From Ginkgo biloba (Eukaryota; Plantae; Ginkgophyta), in the NCBI GenBank assembly GCA_024626585.2, contig JANKJI020000002.1, positions 248,785,595 to 248,802,353 on the forward strand: a DNA stretch of 16,759 bases, given 5' to 3'. A program made the position numbers and the translations under genes. Position 1 is the stretch's first letter, and the number at the start of each line of letters is the position of its first letter. Shown here piece by piece: positions 9,368-16,759 of this stretch. The notes under the pieces are model-generated. The model searched no databases, was not told the origin of the DNA, and saw only the letters and a program-made list of their open reading frames with translations.

Positions 9368-11344
9368 TGTAACAACCCGCTCCTCCAAAGCCTATAAAAC
9401 AAGCTTATTAGATCTACAACTAAGATGAAAGATGCATAAGAGAGTGAGGTGACTCTAGTCATGCNNNNNNNNNNNNNNNNNNNNNNNNNNNNNNNNNNNN
9501 NNNNNNNNNNNNNNNNNNNNNNNNNNNNNNNNNNNNNNNNNNNNNNNNNNNNNNNNNNNNNNNNNNNNNTGGAACTAACTTCTATTGGCCATGGGGACTG
9601 CAGAAGGGATTGAACAAATAAAACAGTCAAACCTCCAGTGCATAAATGAAATTGTTAGTGCCTAGTGGCTATTAGCTATTAGAGATCCACTAGACTCCAC
9701 CCCTCAACCCCACTTGATCAAGGATGCTATGTGTAGGCCATCATAACCTATTTTCGTATTAGGATAACCCTATGTATTAGTGTATCCACCCTTTATTGAT
9801 AATTTTATGGTTATCTCGTCAAACCCTAGGGCTACACCTACAACCTTAACCAGAAAACCTTATTGTTAAGAACCTAGAAAACCTTACTATTAAGAACATT
9901 CACCATGGATGGACCAATAGACCGTGGGACATAGCTACAACAATAACCATCCAACTCAATACTACACCAATAGTTAAGAAGCCTGCAACTACACCTATAG
10001 CNNNNNNNNNNNNNNNNNAGTAGAAACTAGCACAGACATCCATTCAACTAAATGAGGCAAAAAGCGAACTATCAATAACCCAAAATAATGCATGCAAGGG
10101 ATGAAAATATTTCTCATATAGAGACACCGTTAGTCAAGGCATCGCAATCCCTAAGAAGGTCTCCGGTTCGAGCCCTAACTTCCCTAACTAAATTGCTAGT
10201 TTTTCTACAATAAAAAAAGTAGGAAAATTTGAGAATTTATACTATAGCATGAATGCATGAAATANNNNNNNNNNNNNNNNNNNNNNNNNNNNNNNNNNNN
10301 NNNNNNNNNNNNNNNNNNNNNNNNNNNNNNNNNNNNNNNNNNNNNNNNNNNNNNNNNNNNNNNNNNNNNNNNNNNGACTTTGATATTTTCAAGTACATGC
10401 AAAATATAGAAATAGTATTTTGTGCAAAAACTACAAAAATTCAATTAATTTATGTCTTCTAAAATAAACAACAACTCAACAGTTCAAGAAATACTTGTAG
10501 TAATGACAACTTACCAGGCAAGAAAAGACAATTAAATGTTAAAGCTTGTTGTCCAAAATACCTATATGTCGTAGAGTGCCTAGAATGAAACAAGATAGGG
10601 GATGCAACTTGTTTTGGGAAACCCACCAAGGCAATCTTCTTCTACAAAAACTAGTCGTTGGGTTCCTTAGAAGGCTTGCGACTTCTTCTTTAGGTTCACT
10701 TGGCTCCTAATGCCATAAAAATCTGATCTAACACCTCCAATGAGATCGCCTTCTTTTAAGGAAGAGATCTGACCAATTATTCTATAAGAATAAGCGTTGG
10801 AAGGTGATATACATCAAATGACCCAACTCCAAATATGAAAGAAATGGTAGCAACATAAAAGTAACGACTTCTAACGATGAACCTCTATAGCCAGAATGTA
10901 GAAATTAGCCAAAAGAGAGTACACCTTGTAGAGATGAGTGATAAGATGTCTTGGGGGTTGCTTAAGCCCAGACAAGCCCTATTTATGCCAAATGCTAGGC
11001 AAAATCCGCCACATAAGGTTTGAGCTTTGCCTTAGGGATGTGTCATGCTCCAAGAATCCCTTTGTCGCTCTCCACTAACTGAAATTACTCCATGAAGGGA
11101 GGCGCCCTCTGCTAGAGCACCCTCATGGCCATTCTCTTCAAAATTTTCTCTCTCATAAACACTTTATTTAGAGCGTTAACCAATAACTGCAAAAATGCAA
11201 GCCTCTAAAGGTAACCAAGGTTTTTTCACATTTAAGATTTGCTTGACTTTCCTAGCCTTTAACACTAAAATCTAGAAATTGATAAGGAGGCAAGTGACTC
11301 GTTTCCAATTGAATATTTCAAGTTGAGTTACAAGGGATGTTTCA
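9368..11344 (-). mobile_element. Candidate ~2 kb solo-LTR-like insertion nested in the + strand Gypsy relic
   Basis: The termini TGTAACAACCC (9368-9378) and GGGATGTTTCA (11334-11344) are 9/11 inverted repeats. A TATA-like GCATAAATAGG lies on the minus strand near 10978-10988. The TSD is not conserved (ctaaa vs ttgat), and there are three internal N gaps. Confidence 0.5.
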
Positions 11345-11381
11345 TTGATGAAACTTGCGGGCACTCCTTAAATCGAGAAGG

Positions 11382-11620
11382 CACTACCATGAGAAGTTAC
11401 AAATAAGGGAGATTAGTATTGGAATAGAGATAGAACTAAAGAAGATAATTATGGGAGATTATTAGGATGAAGCTACTATCATGCAAGCAACAACACTATT
11501 TTCTAAATATCGCGACGTATTTGCATGGTCCTAGAAAGATTTAAAGGGCATTTTGCCAGAAATTGGACAAGATAAGATTGAGTTAATAGAAGGCGAAAAC
11601 CTTGTTGCCAATGCCCATAC
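11382..11620 (+). mobile_element. Ty3/Gypsy pre-RT / RT N-terminal fragment
   Basis: HYHEKLQIREISIGIEIELKKIIMGDY*DEATIMQATTLFSKYRDVFAWS*KDLKGILPEIGQDKIELIEGENLV contains the YRDVFAWSxxDLKGI motif typical of non-chromovirus (Athila/Tat-like) Gypsy elements. Confidence 0.88.
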
Positions 11621-11809
11621 TATTAGAATAATAATGGTGAATTAGTTATTAGATTTAGGTACATTAGCTTTATGTTCTAATTTACAATTGAGTTGCTTTT
11701 CACTTAAGTNNNNNNNNNNNNNNNNNNNNNNNNNNNNNNNNNNNNNNNNNNNNNNNNNNNNNNNNNNNNNNNNNNNNNNNNNNNNNNNNNNNNNNNNNNN
11801 NNNNNNNNN

Positions 11810-12402
11810 GCCACTTCACCCTCCTGTGAAGTATAGGGAACCATGTACTCCCTCTTGATCTGAACTCCTTGTTGACGCTTGACTTGCTCCAAGGGAACTC
11901 CTCCTTCATCGGGCACGACGAGGACCTTCTTCAAGCTTATATCATATGGTTTCAACTTTACTTGTTCATATGCCATAGTTTTGCTTCTCACAATGGAATC
12001 AATCCAATCCACCTTCTCCATTGGCTGCCAAACTTCACAACATATGTGCTGGGAATATGCCGCTCTCACATATGTAACATGCATGCACATCCACCTACAT
12101 GCAAACCGGTTCCCTTTTTCGATGGCTGCGAAACTTTTCATCATATGTGTTGGGAATATGCCGCTCTCACATATCGCCACAATGATCAAGAACCCAAATC
12201 CAATTGGACAATCCATTTCAACCACAATCGAAAAACTGTCACAAAACTCCAACCGAGCTAGAATATCCAATACTTTAATTCCCGAAGGGAAGAGTTGCTC
12301 CCCACCTAAGAGGCATGGATATTTAGCTTCATTACACTACTAGGATCCCATCCTAGCTCTGATACCATGTCGAAAAATCTAACATGCTCTCGATACCATG
12401 TT
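11810..12402 (-). mobile_element. Ty1/Copia-derived, internally deleted element: PBS plus an ORF with diverged protease and integrase motifs
   Basis: PBS TGGTATCAGAGC lies at 12367-12356. The ORF at 12270-11810 contains ICESGIFPTHM (cf. WxxDSGAxxHM). It also contains WIDSIVRSKTMAYEQVK...KKVLVVPDEGG...IKREYMVPYTSQEGEVA (cf. WVYFLKxKSEAFExFK...IKxLRSDxGGE...IxRxxTVPYTPQQNGVA). Confidence 0.75.
12356..12367 (-). other. Primer-binding site complementary to the 3' end of tRNA-iMet
   Basis: Exact TGGTATCAGAGC, directly preceded by ...CGACA (an LTR-end-like CA). A second copy with a 1-nt insertion, TGGTATCGAGAGC, lies at 12398-12386. Confidence 0.85.
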
Positions 12403-12416
12403 AATTTTCTTATTTC

Positions 12417-12623
12417 TTTTTTTTTTTAAATTACTAGGGGAATCGGTAGGCGAAGCCAATTTTCTCGCCACAGACGATGGTTCGAGTCGGGCCTACCCCT
12501 ATAAACCCTAGCTGCGAGCAAGTGGCCCCTCATTATCTGTGGATGGTAAATCGAGGGGAATGGAACCTCGGTCTGGTGGGTATCAACCCAAAGCTGTGAC
12601 CGTTGCACCAAACCCCCGGGGAC
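12417..12623 (-). mobile_element. tRNA-derived SINE
   Basis: On the minus strand, Pol III A box TGGTGCAACGG (12610-12600) and B box GGTTCCATTCC (12567-12557) are 32 bp apart. The body is ~200 bp and GC-rich, with an A11 tail (12427-12417). No clean TSD. Confidence 0.8.
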
Positions 12624-12830
12624 TAATGTTTCAATGTTCATTGTTCAACATATAGTTTAAGTATTTTATCATTTGTGTGACATGACAAGGTTCATATTTT
12701 TTGTATCCATGTATTTTTTTATATATTTTTTAAAACTCTAAAATTTGCTGCTCCCTCTTATCTTGGAATTTTGAATAGTGCCATTTCCCATATCCGATCC
12801 TATCCCCTCTCCCGTTTCCTAGTAACTTTG

Positions 12831-13696
12831 TGTCAGCCTCTTAAAGGACACATTGATGACAGCAGACAATGAAGTACAACTGCTGCTGTCAGCCTGCATT
12901 GATTGCAGGCTGATGTTGGCCTAAACACCACATTAAATGCTCATTTATGCAGCCTGAAGTCACATTTAATGATCTGTATCAAATCACATGTAATAAGAGA
13001 TATAAAGTGCATTTATTGCAGCATTAATGATAGACCTGAAATTGCATTTAATAAGAAAGATAAAGTAGCATTAAATGAAGTGATAAATGCAGACTCAGTC
13101 GCATTAATGAGAGAAAACCAGAATTAATGGCATCATTATGACCTAACCCTGGGCGCAATTAATGCTTGTACCAAGGGTGCATATAATGCCCTAATAAAGG
13201 TGCCCTAATTTAAGGGCCACTTAAGGTCTTAAGGAAGGAATGAGAGCCTACCTTTGAAGAGTTATAACCCTTGGAGTGAGGCACTCTTCATGTATNNNNN
13301 NNNNNNNNNNNNNNNNNNNNNNNNNNNNNNNNNNNNNNNNNNNNNNNNNNNNNNNNNNNNNNNNNNNNNNNNNNNNNNNNNNNNNNNNNNNNNNNAAAGT
13401 GAAATGAAGCCGAGAGCTGGCATTTTTAGAAGTGTTGAAGACCATGACCTCGGTTTTTCCAAGTTTCACCTCAAGGCATTGACTATCACTATAAGTTGGA
13501 GAGAGAATGTGTACCCTAAGTGTGAGAGTCAAGATATAAATGCTAGGGTTTGGTGTGAGAGGCCTAACTCAAGCATTTATTATGATGTATAATTATTATT
13601 AAAATAATAATTGAAGACATTATACCCTAGATTCATGCATTGATGTTCGTGTTCTATTTCTATGCTGCATAATTATGATGAGTGTATGCCCTAACA
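12831..13696 (+). mobile_element. LTR-like segment with repeated CATT(A/T)ATG-type motifs
   Basis: It starts TGTCAG and ends CTAACA (5/6 inverted), with TATAAATG near 13535 and internal hairpins. The TSD does not match, and it contains a LINE fragment and an N gap. Confidence 0.4.
13255..13511 (-). mobile_element. LINE (non-LTR) reverse transcriptase fragment
   Basis: CLEVKLGKTEVMVFNTSKNASSRLHFT matches the LxVNxxKTKVMVF motif that follows the catalytic YADD of non-LTR RTs. After the N gap, MKSA / SKGYNS resemble the downstream thumb segment. Confidence 0.7.
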
Positions 13697-14599
13697 TTTA
13701 TGAATGAATGCTAACCCATTGCCAAACATGGGCTCTGCACCTGGGATCCACATTTAGTCAACAATTGTTTACATGAGAAAAAGAGATGAATGTGAGAAGA
13801 TAGAGTGAAGGATTCAAAGGGTGAGTATAATGAAGATTTGGTAGAAGTTCAACAAAAGGTAATTTATAACTATGAAAGTTTTTGATAATAGCAAGAAATC
13901 AATGAAGATTTCATCAACGCTCAGTATTATTAGTTGAAGTGAAACTAAGTTTTGTTATTGATTTTGTTGGCTTAAATTGGTTTGACTGGATGTAAGTTCT
14001 TTTTTCAGCTAATAATTTAGTCACTTCTATGTGTAATAGAGATGCCATTGTAATTGTATGTGGACCATTGTCATGGTTCTCAAATTGCACTAATGATACT
14101 CATTTTTATTCATTTCTTCTGGAGCTGGAACTTCTATTGAGCACATTGAATAATGAATACCAAGTACAAGTTTCATCAAATTAAATCAAGCACAGCTTGA
14201 TTAGTGAAAGACATAAACATGGTAAGCAAAGATTCATGCCTTTCCTGTTTATTATATGGAGAAGCATATATGTAAGTGACCATTTATGGTGAGATTACTG
14301 TTATGTCTTTAGAATATCTTGGTTGCATCTGTGTATTGTTGTTAAGCAACAGTTCAATTTTTTGAGTTGAAGAGTTGCTCACATGGGTAGCAATATTTGA
14401 AATGTTGAAAATATGAAAATTTGAAATCCCCGACAGTGTTTAAATTGTTTTGACAACCCTCAATGTTGATTGATGAATTGACTTTCTATATGTGCATAAT
14501 GTAGTCTTGTGCAACAATTTCTCCCACCTAACGTGCAGCTGTGGTGAGGAAAGTAGCAATTACACTCTCATTAAAGCTGAAGGATACTTGTATTGCCAG

Positions 14600-14907
14600 A
14601 TTCTTGGAGCTTGCTGGTATTTACTTGCAGTTGAACGGGAAGACAGTTGTTGGCGAAAGGCATGCAGGAATGATCCACAGTGTAAATTCGAGTATTTGTA
14701 CTGTGGGAAGAATAATAGTGAAGGCTTTATTAAGTGGCACAAAACTAGCAAAGAAGTCTTAAATTCTCGTTGTCCTGTGACTGGTGAAGACAATGTACCA
14801 TTCAACTTTGGAATATACACTCCTGCTCTGAAGACTAGGATTGTCGCATCAAGAAAGTTTCTGCAGAAGTATGTTTACTGCTTGTGGTGGGGCCTACGAA
14901 ACCTAAG
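14600..14907 (+). CDS. CNGC: Next exon of the same CNGC gene (S5, extracellular Cys-rich loop, pore helix)
   Basis: Acceptor ttgtattgccag|ATT at 14599/14600 and donor CTAAG|gtgagt at 14907/14908; 308 nt, phase 0/2. It encodes ILGACWYLLAVEREDSCWRKAC...PFNFGIYTPALKTRIVASRKFLQKYVYCLWWGLRNL(S), which follows MLASH directly in plant CNGCs. Confidence 0.96.
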
Positions 14908-16759
14908 GTGAGTTACAATCAATTAATTTCTTTACTGCTTGTATACAAATCAGCACATTTATTTTTATGGTTCCTTATACACAATTGTATTGTAGTTCTA
15001 CTTAAGCCCAGATNNNNNNNNNNNNNNNNNNNNNNNNNNNNNNNNGAAAACTGATACATGATAATTATGCAATGCCTTGAAACTGGCAGCAGTTTTGTTC
15101 AAATACATTTGGGATTTATATTTCTTTTTCGTTTTGACACCTTCCTCAAGAACTGGTGTGTGGTTTATGGGTTTGAAGGTTTTGTGAGGATGTTAGTCCT
15201 TTTTAGATAAATGGATTAGTTTATCTCCTGCCTAGCAGAGAGAATTTATTATAACTTTATATTTAGTGTTTGATGCCTAAAATGGGCTATGTATGGAATT
15301 TTAAATGAACTAACAAATGCAAAGGTTGTATTATTTGTTGTGCTTTATGTTTGCCTAGTCTGCTGTTTCAAGGTTTGGTCCTGTGGTCCATGCTGCCATT
15401 CTTTGAGGTTCTCTTTTCTCTGCCTGTAAAGGGCTGTGAGTCCAGCTTCTTTTTTGTCCATCTTCAAACAAATCTCCTATTTGAGCTAATCCCACCCATC
15501 AGTGTTTCATGTTTTTCTTGTATTGCTGTTACATGTTTCAAATTTGCTTATCATGTATCCTTTTTAATTTTTATATATATCAGATTTTCGATATTCTCTA
15601 TTTCCACTGCATTTTGAGCCTCTTCCATTATCTCCTTTTGTTTCAAAGCTGTCATGGACACGGTTGTGCATTTAGTTGCTTGATCTTTTATAGTTTATCT
15701 TCAGATTCATGCTGTGGTATGCTGTTTTCTTGAGGTTTCCATGTACATGTCTATTTTTGGAAGCTACTTCTTTGTTTGTTGTGGGGGTGATTCAAATTAG
15801 AAGTTCCACACATAAGTGGGCAATAAAAAATAATGCGAGAAAAGAGAATAGCATCTCTTGTTTGCCCTCCTCTACTGTCTTCCATTCTATATCCAGGTGT
15901 AGTTATAATCTGGCATGTTTCACAAGTCTACCATTTTCTATTGTGCACCAACATTTTGTATAAATGTTTAGCTTTCATAATGCCAGGTACAAACCTATAT
16001 ATGCTAGCATGATTGGGTAAGATGTGATCGTTTTGACTCTCTATGGAGCTTCTGTATGCAGTTCTGTAGTGTTGGGTCTAGATTACTAGCCCATTTTTCA
16101 TATCCACAAATAGCTACTCCTGCTCTATAGGCTATGACTGAACTTTCGGCTGCAGTATTTTCTACTGCCCTCCATGGAATGAAACAGTCCACTATGGAGC
16201 CTCTTGTGCATGTGCTATGTGAAATTTCTTGATTGGTGCATCCATTTCATTACTGATTACCTTTTCCTAGGTATCAAACACATGAATTAACGCCTCTTCA
16301 CAGCAGATCTTTCTAGTGTCAACTTCGTTTCTGTTATATTGAAGGTTTCAATCCCTCTGGTTGCAGTTTTTAGTGACTATAATCTCCCTTTTTTGTCTGC
16401 AACTTTCAATGAATAAGTGTACATATAGTATTTTGGATAGATTTAGCTTGTTATAGAAGTTGGAATGTTTTGCAGCAAAGTAGTAATATGTTGGGGATCA
16501 TCCCCTCCATTGTGTGGGAGGCTCACTGGTATGTCCGTCAGTGGCTGCACTTCTCCTTAGAGCCATTGTGGGGAGAGAGGTTCCTTATTTTGCCTCATCA
16601 GTCTCTCACTCTGTGTTGATATCCTGACTTTTAGAGCATGCTTTTGCAATCAAAGCAAGAATTCTAGGCAAAAGAGAAATTGAGAATACACAGAGAGGAC
16701 AATCTAGTCCATATAGAAATCAACCTAGATTTCGACAAAATCCACAATATAGTAGAAGA

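Larger units (their letters stand above)
5019..14599 (+). other. GT-AG intron of the CNGC gene, 9581 nt including N gaps, filled with TE relics
   Basis: GTAAGT...CAG boundaries join LASH|ILGA in frame with no CNGC residues missing. Confidence 0.9.

Noticed and set aside
12770-12830. Possible hAT/MITE terminus (ccc-rich subterminal motifs)
   Set aside because: No partner TIR or TSD was identified.
14492-14599. In-frame open stretch upstream of the second CNGC exon in the ORF track
   Set aside because: It has no CNGC similarity; homology begins at ILGACWY right after the CAG acceptor. The upstream CAG at 14538 would add 61 nt and shift the frame.
14884-14907. WWGLRNL instead of WWGLQNL in the pore helix
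   Set aside because: R at this position is also found in known plant CNGCs, so it is not unusual.
14908-16759. Next CNGC exon, snoRNAs or the hydrophobic ORFs at 15351-15963
   Set aside because: No pore-filter exon (S/T-LGQ) or paired C/D boxes were seen. The ORFs reflect T-rich intron composition.

Overview
This is eukaryotic, land-plant nuclear DNA from a fragmented assembly with many N gaps. The whole window lies inside one + strand cyclic nucleotide-gated channel (CNGC) gene. Two coding exons are visible: 4796-5018 (S4-S5 region) and 14600-14907 (S5 to pore helix). They are separated by a ~9.6 kb intron, and the flanking exons lie outside the window. The introns are full of transposon relics: a DUF659-type hAT transposase, Ty3/Gypsy protease, pre-RT, RT and integrase fragments, a Copia-derived element with a tRNA-iMet primer-binding site (PBS), a tRNA-derived SINE, LINE fragments, LTR-like segments and degenerate minisatellites. 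Long TE-filled introns suggest a large-genome plant such as a gymnosperm or fern (inference). I see no convincing new multi-gene system. The most unusual items are two 'miniaturised pol' retroelements. One is a Tat/Ogre-like Gypsy that lost RT, RNase H and the integrase core but kept one reading frame. The other is a Copia-like element with a duplicated PBS and a stop-free ORF in which diverged protease and integrase motifs are fused. Also notable are an 18-bp codon-periodic array, an L1-box cluster, and a 10-N gap that fakes a frameshift in the CNGC exon. All homologies were recognised by eye; no searches were run.
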